64,000 nucleotides of DNA, from contig JAYFMW010000008.1 of the NCBI GenBank assembly GCA_042408215.1, positions 64,001 to 128,000 of the forward strand, given 5' to 3'. Position 1 is the first letter of the stretch. The number at the start of each line of letters is the position of its first letter. The notes under the pieces were generated by a model. The model made no database searches and had not been told where the DNA came from. It worked only from the letters and a program-made list of their open reading frames with translations. A program made the translations under genes and the position numbers. Below, piece by piece: positions 20,685-30,027 of this stretch. The DNA is from Microcoleus sp. Its GTDB lineage: Bacteria > Cyanobacteriota > Cyanobacteriia > Cyanobacteriales > Microcoleaceae.

Positions 20685-21827
20685 TTAGCCAAAGTTGACC
20701 TTTAGTAAAGACCAATCATCATCAAAAACAGGTTTAGCGTTTAACTTTTGAATGTAGCTCAAAACCAGCTCTAACGGGTCGGCAGTTGCACCGTTGTAAG
20801 CTGCTAGCAAGTCAATGAAAGAATCGAGCCCCCAGATATTGCCGTCAGGTTGGTGAATCTCGTAAACCCCGTCGCTAAAGATGTAGAGAGTGCTCAAATC
20901 CTCGACATCGCAGCAATTATCGACATAGCGGGCATCGGGGAACATCCCGACAGGCATTCCGGGGGTTTTTAGTTGCTTGACTTTAGCATTGCTGGTGGGA
21001 GACTGGGAAATCAACACTGCCGGGGGATGACCGGCGCTGGCGTAAACTAACTGGCGCTTGCTCCGGTTGTAAACGCCGTACCAGATGGTGAAATATTTGT
21101 CATTTTGGTAACTCATCTGGAAAGTGGTGTTCAGGGCGCGCAAAACGTCGCTGGGTTTGTAGTAGTCAACGTTCGGTAGCGTGCGCGATCGCAACAAACT
21201 CAACACAGCCACAGAAGGCAGCGCCGCCCGCAAACCGTGTCCGGCTACGTCGAGCAAGTAAATCGCCAAATAATCTGAGTCCAGCCAGTTGTAGTCAAAG
21301 CAATCTCCCCCCAACTGTCGGGAAGGAATGAATTTTGACTCGATGCTGACAGGTTCCGTCATCGGATCTGGCAGTAGCGATTGCACGTACTCCGCCGCCT
21401 CTGCTAGTTCTGCTTCCAGACTTTGCTTGGCAATTTTCAAGTCTCGGCTGAGTTGGTGCAGCCGCAGTCCGGCGCGCACTCTCGCCTGTAACTCGTTGAG
21501 TTCAATGGGTTTGGAGATAAAATCATCGGCACCGGCGTCAAGTCCTTTGACTCGATCGGCGATCGACCCCAAAGAAGTCAACAAAAAGAATTGTGTAGTT
21601 GACAGATCCGGATCTGCCTTAACTCGACGACACACATCAATGCCGGTCAAGCGTGGCATGATCCAATCGCAGATGATCAAAGCAGGACGCAATTTTTGCG
21701 CCTGTGCTACACCCTCTTCGCCATTGCTTGCTACCGTTACTTCGTAACCCTGTTTTTTGAGGGTTCTTCTCAGCAGTTCTTGAACAGCAGTATCATCGTC
21801 TATAACCAGAATTTGAAACATGGGCAC
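20685..21827 (-). CDS. Response regulator receiver + SpoIIE/PP2C phosphatase (RsbU-like)
   Basis: IDDD/CDW/KP receiver; GGDCF, DVAGHG, AGHPP, SDG, DDWS. Confidence 0.93.
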   Translation of the reverse strand: MPMFQILVIDDDTAVQELLRRTLKKQGYEVTVASNGEEGVAQAQKLRPALIICDWIMPRLTGIDVCRRVKADPDLSTTQFFLLTSLGSIADRVKGLDAGADDFISKPIELNELQARVRAGLRLHQLSRDLKIAKQSLEAELAEAAEYVQSLLPDPMTEPVSIESKFIPSRQLGGDCFDYNWLDSDYLAIYLLDVAGHGLRAALPSVAVLSLLRSRTLPNVDYYKPSDVLRALNTTFQMSYQNDKYFTIWYGVYNRSKRQLVYASAGHPPAVLISQSPTSNAKVKQLKTPGMPVGMFPDARYVDNCCDVEDLSTLYIFSDGVYEIHQPDGNIWGLDSFIDLLAAYNGATADPLELVLSYIQKLNAKPVFDDDWSLLKVNFG

Positions 21828-21971
21828 TCAGGTACTACAAGTCTTTCAACGTCTGGGAGTCATTAAAAATATATCCTGTCAGCGCGCTGACCTGAGATTG
21901 AGTATACTCTAATAACATACTCACCGCCCTAAAAACTGCGGTGGTTGCTGAGCGTAGTCGAAGTATGATTC

Positions 21972-22118
21972 TTGACACTTCCGAAAGGCGAAGCTACCGA
22001 AAGTAGTCTGACTCTCCTGAAATGTCCATTTAGAGTCGTGGCGATGCCCCATCCCGACTTTTCTCAATTTTAGCTGAAAGCCGTCCTAGAAGGACGGGGT
22101 TTTAGACCCATTTTCTAG
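21972..22118 (-). mobile_element. Non-autonomous IS605-type MITE
   Basis: Reverse-complement left hairpin CCCCGTCCTTCTAGGACGG and right end GTGTCAA. Confidence 0.75.
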
Positions 22119-22228
22119 ATCGCATCGCCTTCGACGAGGTAAATGCTTTTGCCTCCGCACCGTCGAGTTCAATTTACCTCTAAAATTTGATGGAAAGAGA
22201 GGGCGCGATCGAACTTCACTCAGTTTAT

Positions 22229-22539
22229 CAGAAAAATTGGGTTGAAAACCCCGTCCTTATAGGACGGCTTTTTCTACGACTCGTGCTCCGTCAGAAATCC
22301 CCATGGAGTTGGGTAGACATATCCACGCACCCACCCCTGTGTGGTATAGTAAAGGCATCAGACAAGATTTAAAAACCTACCCCTGGACTGGGGGAAAGTA
22401 TACGCCCAAAACACTTTTGAGGAGATCTGACTACACACATTTTTGTGCAAACGTGGTCAGCGAAAGGAACCCTAGAAATAGGGATATTAAGACTGAAATG
22501 TCTTAAGAATCCTCGGGCCTGTATGCCGAGGAGTGTCAA
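22229..22539 (+). mobile_element. Non-autonomous IS605-type MITE
   Basis: TTAT target, CCCCGTCCTTATAGGACGG, right end AGAATCCTCGG..GAGGAGTGTCAA; no tnpB. Confidence 0.8.
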
Positions 22540-22629
22540 GGTATCATGTTTGACCGATTAGTGAATTAAATATCTATACAACAGCCCACCAAAGCTAGTA
22601 TCCTCAAACTACCATTCAATTTTGCCGCC

Positions 22630-22700
22630 GTTGTATTTTGTCTCGTCGTATTTTGTCTGGTTGTATTTTGTCTGGTTGTATTTTGTCTCGTTGTATTTTG
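22630..22700. repeat. 15-bp tandem repeat, ~5 copies (TTGTATTTTGTCTSG)
   Basis: Directly visible. Confidence 0.85.
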
Positions 22701-23066
22701 CCCATCGGCCGATGAAGAACTTCAATGGCTGAGCGTGATTGAAGTGAACTACCAGACTAGAAATGCTCCGCATACAGCACTGGCTTCCTGATTCATCGGG
22801 ATGTGCTTTTATCTCCGAAAAGATAAGTAGTCTTACCGTCCCGACCCAGGCTGGAGTCCTAGTTCCTAAGACCCATATTTTTTCTTGCAACACGTCCCGT
22901 TCAGCTTGTTTTTCGCATTGGGAGATTATGGTCAAGATACACTTATCATATCATTGATTCGCTATCACTCAATTTATTTTCTGGCTCACTTTCATCCCGT
23001 CACTCATCCTGTAAACGGATAGAGTGCGGGACTTCCCGTTCGCATTAGTTAAAAGGTTCCGAAAAG

Positions 23067-23510
23067 TTGCCGATGCTAAAAAAAGCGGATCTTCAAGTCA
23101 ATACAGGTCTGAGTGGATTAGGCTGGGTTTTGTCGTGGTTTTCACAATTGTACGACTCGCGAATTCCCACAAGTGTGTGGATACGGTGTCAGTTGGTTTT
23201 GGCTGAGGGCTTTACGAATGCGGTGCGTCACGCCCACAAGGGCAAACCAGCGGATTTGGCTGTTGACATTCAGGTGGCGGTGTTCGCTGAATTTGTAGAG
23301 ATTAAAATTTGGGATTGGGGCGATCCGTTTGATTTAGAGCAAAAAATCAAAGATATTTCGGAAAAAGTCGATTTTGACTCTCCGGGCGGGCGGGGTCTAA
23401 AATTGATCAAAGATATCGCAGATAGTATTAGTTATGTGAGAACGGCTGATGGACGGAACTGTTTGTCGATCGTCAAAAATTATTCGCCCTGTCTCAACGA
23501 TCGAAAATAA
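23067..23510 (+). CDS. Anti-sigma factor / Ser kinase (RsbW-like HATPase)
   Basis: EGFTNAVRHA, IWDWGDPFD, GGRGLKLI. Confidence 0.9.
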   Translation: MPMLKKADLQVNTGLSGLGWVLSWFSQLYDSRIPTSVWIRCQLVLAEGFTNAVRHAHKGKPADLAVDIQVAVFAEFVEIKIWDWGDPFDLEQKIKDISEKVDFDSPGGRGLKLIKDIADSISYVRTADGRNCLSIVKNYSPCLNDRK

Positions 23511-23523
23511 CACGAATATTTTT

Positions 23524-23597
23524 AGCGGGTAAGGGTTGACGGTAGCCGTTCTTCCCACCCCTAAGAACCGTGCGCGAATGTTACAGCAATTCCCGCT
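23524..23597 (-). other. Group II intron domain V/VI-like remnant
   Basis: Minus strand ..CGCACGGTTCTTAGGGG..TTACCCGCT resembles a D5-D6 3' end; no RT ORF. Confidence 0.55.
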
Positions 23598-23733
23598 GTT
23601 ATGAAACACGGTAGGGACACGGCTCTTGGAGTGTCCCTAGGAGGATTGAACGATAAGTGAGTGTACCTCATAACAGCGGTTTCCGCTGTAAGCTGCGTAG
23701 CAGTTTATTATATTTTGATATGACTGCACTGCC

Positions 23734-25491
23734 CTAGATACTGGGAATTCCCATAGCATCGGTATTTCCCCCATTAACTTGTTGCCAAAGGGTGCCATAG
23801 ACTCCTCCTTGTTCCAGCAAATCTGTATGGCTACCAGATGCCACAATACTGCCATTTTCTAGGACAAAAATTTTATCCGCACGCAAGGCATGAGCAATGC
23901 GGTGGGTAATCATAATTACTGTGCGTTGTTTAGAAATGCGATCGATTGTAGCGAGAATACCCGCTTCCGTTACCAGGTCAAGGGCGGATGTCGCTTCGTC
24001 TAAAATCAAAATAGCCGGATTTCTGACTAATGCTCTAGCGAGGGCGATTCTTTGGCGTTGTCCGCCCGATAACTGTCCGCCTCTGTCACCGACGGGGGTA
24101 TCATAACCTTGGGGTAAGGTGAGGATAAATTCGTGAATTTCTGCATCTTTGGCGGCGATTTCGACTTCCTCATCGGTGGCTTCTAAATATCCCATTCTGA
24201 TATTTTCACGGATGGAAGTGTTAAATAAAATTACCTCTTGAGAAACCAGCCCAATTTGCTCGCGCAGGGATTTTTGAGTGCAGGAACGCAAATCAATGCC
24301 ATCAAAAAGAATGCTACCTTTATCTGGGTCATAAAGTCGGGTTAATAGGTTAACGATGGTACTTTTACCCGCACCGGAATGTCCAACAAAGACAACAAAA
24401 TCGCCTTGGTGGATGGTTAGGGATAGGTTATTAACTCCTTTTCGCTCTGAAGAATAGTTAAAGGTAACGTTATCAAAGCGAATTTCACGGGAAAAATGGG
24501 GTAATTCAATGGCATCCGGTGCGTCTTGGACTTGTGGAACTTCAGCCAACAGAACGGAGATGCGCTGCATCGCGGCTATTCCTTCTATTAGGTAAGGCAA
24601 GGAAAACGTAAAGCTGAGGATGTTTAGATTTAACCCGACTAATAAAACCTGAAAAGAGACGAGTGTACCTACTGTAATTATGTTTTTGTAGGTCATTACT
24701 GCGCCGATACTGATGATGGCAAGCTGGACAAATACAAAGACTAGAGTGGGAATCCTTTGGACTAAATAAGAGGAAAACTTGGCTTTAACATAAACTTTTT
24801 TTAGAGCCTGCAAATCCTTGGAAAAATTGTTAATGGTTCGGGGTTGTAAGCCAAATAATTTAACAACGGATTGAGATAGGATATTTTCTTGAATGACATT
24901 AGCAATTTCTCCTTGCTGGTTTCTCAATTGATAGTTTTGCACTGTAGCTTTTTGACCAATTTTTGCGGGTGCAATGACACAGAAGGTTAAACCAATACAA
25001 CTAATCAGCCCTAACTGCCAGTTGAGGGAAAACATAAAAATAGCAGAAAATAGAATGCTACCTAATTCTAAAATTATTATTAATCCGTAAGCCAAGCTAT
25101 TTTCTATTTTTTCGATATCGCCTGAAAAACAGTTGACAATATCTCCGGCTGAACGTCGCCCAAAAAACTCCATAGATAGGTTTTGCAGGCGAACGAACAT
25201 AGAATGGCGGATATTGTTGATGACTGAAATGTTAAACCGCGTCGCCCAATAATCTCCTAATAAACCGACGAAGACAAATAAAACTGCTGCTCCACCCAGC
25301 AATAGGATAATTAAAACCAGAAGACGGTAATTTTGGGGAATAATGGCTGCGTCGATAATAAATTTTAAGCTGATTCTAATTGAGGATTCAAAGACTGCCT
25401 CAAAAAGTCCACGAGCGATGAGAATAATTGCTAACCATCTGTAGGGAGCGATGTATTTATTCAGTTCTTTGAGAAACCAATTTAGATTCAT
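23734..25491 (-). CDS. ABC exporter, fused permease + ATPase
   Basis: GHSGAGKST, LSGGQRQR, LILDEATSALD. Confidence 0.96.
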   Translation of the reverse strand: MNLNWFLKELNKYIAPYRWLAIILIARGLFEAVFESSIRISLKFIIDAAIIPQNYRLLVLIILLLGGAAVLFVFVGLLGDYWATRFNISVINNIRHSMFVRLQNLSMEFFGRRSAGDIVNCFSGDIEKIENSLAYGLIIILELGSILFSAIFMFSLNWQLGLISCIGLTFCVIAPAKIGQKATVQNYQLRNQQGEIANVIQENILSQSVVKLFGLQPRTINNFSKDLQALKKVYVKAKFSSYLVQRIPTLVFVFVQLAIISIGAVMTYKNIITVGTLVSFQVLLVGLNLNILSFTFSLPYLIEGIAAMQRISVLLAEVPQVQDAPDAIELPHFSREIRFDNVTFNYSSERKGVNNLSLTIHQGDFVVFVGHSGAGKSTIVNLLTRLYDPDKGSILFDGIDLRSCTQKSLREQIGLVSQEVILFNTSIRENIRMGYLEATDEEVEIAAKDAEIHEFILTLPQGYDTPVGDRGGQLSGGQRQRIALARALVRNPAILILDEATSALDLVTEAGILATIDRISKQRTVIMITHRIAHALRADKIFVLENGSIVASGSHTDLLEQGGVYGTLWQQVNGGNTDAMGIPSI

Positions 25492-26638
25492 TTTTATTCA
25501 AGGGGGAAGACTTTATATAACATCTAGCAAAAGCCTCAGTAATAATTTCTGACATCAATTGTGCAAAGGGAACGCCAGCTAGGTGTAATATAGTACCAAC
25601 TGGTGTTTCTAATGGGTCGGAGAACGTCGAGAAAGGTTTGGAAGAAATGGCACAGTTTGCATTTACTTCTAGGACAAATAGTTCTTTAGATAGTTTATCC
25701 ATTCGTATATCTACCCGTCCATAACCATTCCCACTTACTGCACAGTAAGCACCTTTAGCTAAATCGCAAAGTCTTTCACGCAACTCAGGATTAACGATTT
25801 TGTGGCGAATAAATGGTTTCTCTCTTTTCCAAGAGGTTTTTCCTTCATCTTTTCCCCAGTAGCGATCGTGTGATAAAAACTGTTCGGTTTCAGGTAAATC
25901 AGTGTTAAATATAATTTCTAGAGGTGGGTAGATTTTAATCTTCTCTGGTTGCTGATAAGAACCGATTACAAAGACTGTAAACTCAGAACCATTAATAAAA
26001 CTTTCTACAAAGATACTGTCGGACGATAATAGCATCCCCCCATGATTTTTTTCTATTAAACATTTAACCTGTGCGCCGATCTGTTCATCGCTGTACACAA
26101 CCGAGTTTAAAGAAAGCCCATAGCTACCGCCAGACAGCACTGCTGGTTTTACAATTAGGGGTGTACCGAGGCGATCACACACTCCTTCAACATTATTAAA
26201 ATCGTATATTACTTCATAGGGAGCAGTAGCTATTCTTGCTTCTGATAAAGCGTGTTTTAGGGAAATTTTATTGGTATTGAAACTGTCAAAAATTGAATCT
26301 GCACCGACAAAAATGATGCCTTTGGCTTCTAATAGCTTGATGAGAGAAACACCGGGACACTCATCAATTTCATCCAAACCATCACAATAATTCAGCACCA
26401 CAGGAATAAGCTCAGGGGTAGAAACTGCGATTTTTTCTACAACATCGTGCATATTTTCTAAGCTAACTGACTGACGTTTCCAGGGCACACCAAGCTCGGA
26501 AAAGACATCAATCATTTCCTGTTCAAAAGACTGTGTATGAAAGGCTTCCATCCATTCTTGTTTGATTTTGGAGGATGGGGTTAATACCCAAACAAAGAGC
26601 CTGCTACTGGGTACAGGGAATTTGTGAAAAATTGTCAT
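25457..26638 (-). CDS. D-Ala-D-Ala-ligase-like ATP-grasp enzyme
   Basis: PLIVKP, ESFINGSEFTV, GYGRVDIR, VLEVN. Confidence 0.88.
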   Translation of the reverse strand: MTIFHKFPVPSSRLFVWVLTPSSKIKQEWMEAFHTQSFEQEMIDVFSELGVPWKRQSVSLENMHDVVEKIAVSTPELIPVVLNYCDGLDEIDECPGVSLIKLLEAKGIIFVGADSIFDSFNTNKISLKHALSEARIATAPYEVIYDFNNVEGVCDRLGTPLIVKPAVLSGGSYGLSLNSVVYSDEQIGAQVKCLIEKNHGGMLLSSDSIFVESFINGSEFTVFVIGSYQQPEKIKIYPPLEIIFNTDLPETEQFLSHDRYWGKDEGKTSWKREKPFIRHKIVNPELRERLCDLAKGAYCAVSGNGYGRVDIRMDKLSKELFVLEVNANCAISSKPFSTFSDPLETPVGTILHLAGVPFAQLMSEIITEAFARCYIKSSPLNKNESKLVSQRTE

Positions 26639-26681
26639 TGATTTTATTTTTTATAGACTAAAAGTAAATAGCGATATACTT

Positions 26682-27845
26682 TCATACTGATTGGTAAACC
26701 AATCCTGATTTAGAATAATACCTACTCAAAGCCTCAGCAATTATTTCTGACATCAGTTGTGCAAAAGGAATCTGACCGAGGTGTAAAATAGTACCAACTC
26801 TGGACGTATTTGGCTCTTCCACACCCATTGTAAGAGACCTAGAAGTGACAGCGGGACAGGGATTTACCTCTAAAACAAACATCTCTTGAGTTATATTGTC
26901 CATGCGGATGTCTACTCGTCCATATCCAGTACCACCCACTGCACAGTAAGCACGTTTAGCTAAATCACCGAGCCGCTTATGCAATTCAATTGGTGCTAAT
27001 TGATAACCAAATAATGGTTCCTGATTGGGCGGGAGAGTTCGCTCTTCTACTTCTGTTATCCGTAATTCACGGGTATAAAATTGCTCGGTTTCAGGTACAC
27101 CAGAGTGAAAAACGGTTTCTACAGGTGGATAAACTTCAATTCGCTCTGACTGTTGAGCATTTCCTACGAGTAAAACCGTAAATTCTCGACCTTTAATAAA
27201 TCCTTCGACAAAGATACTGTCTGCCGGAATCTGCATCCCATGTTGTCCTTGCTGTAGCTCCTCAAATCGATTGATCGCATCTTCATCACTGTGAACAACA
27301 GATTTCAAACAAATGCCTCTAGTGCCAAACGAAGCTGAAGGTTTGACAATCAGTGGAGGTACAAGGCGATCGCACAATCCCCGAATACTAATGACATCCT
27401 TAATCACCTCATAAGGTGCAGTTGAAACTCCCGACTCAACAAAAGCCTCTTTCATCAATATCTTGGAGTCCCCCATTTTAAAAAATTGAGAATCTGCCCC
27501 CGCAAAAGGAATACCCTTAGCTTCCAATAATTTGACAACGGAAGCGCCCGGATATCCATCAACTTCATCTAGTCCCGCACAGTAGTTCAGTACAAGTGAG
27601 AAATATTGGGCTTGGGAAGCAGCAACTTCTTCGATCGCTGCCTTCATATTCTCTAAGGTGATTAGCTTAAACTTCCATGCCACCTCCAGTTCCGCAAAAA
27701 CATCGGCTAGTTCTTGCTGAAAATATAAAGGATTAAATTCTTCGTTAGAAAAATCTTGCTCTACGGATAGACAGGGAATGAATGCCCAGACAAGTATCTC
27801 TTTATCGGAAAGCGGGGGATTTTGGATTTGTTGAATTGATTTCAT
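26682..27845 (-). CDS. D-Ala-D-Ala-ligase-like ATP-grasp enzyme (paralog)
   Basis: PLIVKP, EGFIKGREFTV, GYGRVDIR, VLEVNP. Confidence 0.88.
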   Translation of the reverse strand: MKSIQQIQNPPLSDKEILVWAFIPCLSVEQDFSNEEFNPLYFQQELADVFAELEVAWKFKLITLENMKAAIEEVAASQAQYFSLVLNYCAGLDEVDGYPGASVVKLLEAKGIPFAGADSQFFKMGDSKILMKEAFVESGVSTAPYEVIKDVISIRGLCDRLVPPLIVKPSASFGTRGICLKSVVHSDEDAINRFEELQQGQHGMQIPADSIFVEGFIKGREFTVLLVGNAQQSERIEVYPPVETVFHSGVPETEQFYTRELRITEVEERTLPPNQEPLFGYQLAPIELHKRLGDLAKRAYCAVGGTGYGRVDIRMDNITQEMFVLEVNPCPAVTSRSLTMGVEEPNTSRVGTILHLGQIPFAQLMSEIIAEALSRYYSKSGLVYQSV

Positions 27846-27921
27846 TTTTTAGATAGGGTTAACAGGATTGCTGAGGTGGACAAAAACAATACCTTAGTGT
27901 TAGGTAAAGCCTATTGGCAAT

Positions 27922-28530
27922 TTATGAAAAACTATACTGGCACTCTTTGGATTCCAAAAAGTTTCTATATAGGCGTTGAAAAGGTGATTTAACTCGCTGT
28001 AAATGTTCAAAATTAAATACATCTAGCATCAGAGCAAGACCACTGCCATATTCGGGGTGATTTATCATATCAATCGTTTGATAGCCTATTTTTTGAAAGA
28101 AAGGAATCATGTGGGGTTCGCAGTCTATAAAATCAAACTTTATTCCATCTAGCAGTAATTGATGGTAATTTGCTTGCACTATTCTCAAAGCCATTGTACT
28201 TCCTCTAAAATGTGGTTCGATCATAAGTTTTGTGCTGATTGATGTACTCAATGGATGTGCATCTCCGGCAATATCACTGATTTGATAAAGCTCTGCATAG
28301 TACCCTAAATCTGAATTTATAGCATAGTTGCTTCTAACCGTACCCACCAAATTACCATTTTGAAAAGCCACAAATATGTTGCCGAATTTATCTAGCGGTT
28401 CTTCTATTTTGTAGTGTTGTTTCTCTGCATAGTGTTGGCTATATCCCAGTTCTTCTACATAGATTTGATAGCGCAATTTGAAAACCTGTTCTTTTTCTTC
28501 GGGGGTTTTAGCTAATCTTATTTCCAGCAT
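27922..28530 (-). CDS. GNAT-fold acyltransferase, FeeM/LuxI-like
   Basis: VFKLRYQIYVEELGY, LVGTVR, KLMI..FRG, FFQKIGY. Confidence 0.8.
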   Translation of the reverse strand: MLEIRLAKTPEEKEQVFKLRYQIYVEELGYSQHYAEKQHYKIEEPLDKFGNIFVAFQNGNLVGTVRSNYAINSDLGYYAELYQISDIAGDAHPLSTSISTKLMIEPHFRGSTMALRIVQANYHQLLLDGIKFDFIDCEPHMIPFFQKIGYQTIDMINHPEYGSGLALMLDVFNFEHLQRVKSPFQRLYRNFLESKECQYSFS

Positions 28531-28571
28531 GGTATTTCTATATCCGTAAATTCAGAGTTTGTTTTTAGTTA

Positions 28572-28831
28572 GGGCGATCGCCCTTCGGATGTGGAAATTT
28601 AATCGGGGGGCGATCGCCTTTCAGGTGGCGGGACTGCTAGAAAATAGTGCAGTCCTACCTGTTGCGGCAATGCGAGTCTGTGGAAGTTGGTTAGAGGGGC
28701 GATCGCCCTTCGGATGTGGAAATTTAATCGGGGGGCGATCGCCTTTCAGGTGGCGGGACTGCTAGAAAATAGTGCAGTCCCTACCTGTTGCGGCAACGCG
28801 AGTCTGTGGAAGTTGGTTAGAGGGGCGATCG
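28572..28831. repeat. Tandem duplication of a ~125-bp unit bounded by HIP1 sites
   Basis: Units start at 28572 and 28697, third start at 28823; near-identical. Confidence 0.9.
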
Positions 28832-28944
28832 TGCTTAATGAATGATGGCAAGAGTAAAGTCAAGATTGATTTAAGAGCGCTCTGTTGAAAGCCGTTAATT
28901 TTGAGCTTGCTGTCAAAAAAAAAATGCTCTTAATTCCGGCAAAC

Positions 28945-29322
28945 TTATTGTATTGATTGCTTGATTATGAAACGTATTGAAAAATATGGTGGTAGACTTT
29001 CCGTTTCCTTGGTTTTGCCGTTGTAATTTACTTTTACTGGCGCATTTGTATCGATCACAGGCCAATCGTTTCCACCAGCTTTTCGTGTCTGATAAGACAC
29101 TGTTGCATTCACCTCGAAATCATGTGTATGGGTCTTGTTACCTCCAACTTTACCAACTGGGTTGTTATCGTCCACACCTCGTGGGAATAATCCAGATAAG
29201 TTCGGCGTGCCATTTTTCCCATCGCATATTTCCCAACCGGCCGGTACATTCTTATCACTTCCAGACCACATAATTATTGCTCCCACTGGGAAATCAAGGT
29301 TTGAGATTTGTGTGATTGTCAT
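28945..29322 (-). CDS. Stand-alone phage tail-collar-like domain protein
   Basis: PVGAIIMWSG..PAGWEICDG..TPNL..FPRG; C-terminal LPPYFSIRFIIK. Confidence 0.8.
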   Translation of the reverse strand: MTITQISNLDFPVGAIIMWSGSDKNVPAGWEICDGKNGTPNLSGLFPRGVDDNNPVGKVGGNKTHTHDFEVNATVSYQTRKAGGNDWPVIDTNAPVKVNYNGKTKETESLPPYFSIRFIIKQSIQ

Positions 29323-29574
29323 ATTTTTGTGTGTCTCCTCATTAAAGAGTTTCGATACTGTCTAGCTAATAATAAGACGATTCCCGAAGCCAAATTGTGA
29401 ACTCTTCAACTGCATAACTTTCCGAAACTCGTCGCACCCGATAAAACCAACCCAAAAATGCGCCCCTCTTCCTCTTCAGGGCAAGCAGAAACGAGTCAAT
29501 ATCACACCAGTCTTCTCTTGTCAAGGAAATCACGATATAATTTTCACTACTATTCCGGCTAGGTGTAAAGTTAC

Positions 29575-30027
29575 AAGTCCCTTGACATTAAACCTAGAAC
29601 CGTTCACCTGACAGACAAACAGTTCTATCAGTTATGTCAAAATAACCGCGAGTTACAGTTTGAACGAACTGCCAAAAGAGAATTAATTATTATGTCACCC
29701 GTTGGCGCGAAACCGAATTAATTGCCGCTTGGATTCAGCGCGAACGCTGGGAAGCACTCACGCCCGAACAACGCCATAAAATTTCCCCCCATTGCACCCG
29801 ATTTTGCGATCGAATTAAGGTCAGCAACAGATGATTTGGAAATGTTGCGTTCCCAAATGCAGGAATATATGGGCGCAGGAGTGCAATTGGGATGGTTAAT
29901 TAACCCCCAACAGCAACAAGTAGAAATTTATCGCGCACGACAAGACGTGGAAGTGCGAAATCTCCCCACAGAATTATCAGGTGAAAATATATTGTCTGGA
30001 TTTAGCTTGAGTCTATCCCCCGCATAA
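29575..30027 (+). pseudogene. Uma2/DUF820 endonuclease-fold pseudogene
   Basis: FYQLCQNNRELQFERTA..LIIMSPVG and APDFAIELRS..LGWLINP, with frameshift and internal deletion. Confidence 0.85.

Noticed and set aside
22609..22935. 108-aa ORF ending in KYNxT repeats
   Set aside because: No recognisable domain; may stay open only because of the tandem repeat
23734..28530. Microviridin cluster
   Set aside because: No precursor with PFFARFL or TxKYPSD seen; ligase motifs look Ddl-like rather than MdnB/C-like
28572..28831. Possible CRISPR array or RiPP precursor
   Set aside because: Units are contiguous near-identical copies with no unique spacers and no cas genes; the 68-aa ORF is on the opposite strand with no recognisable leader or core
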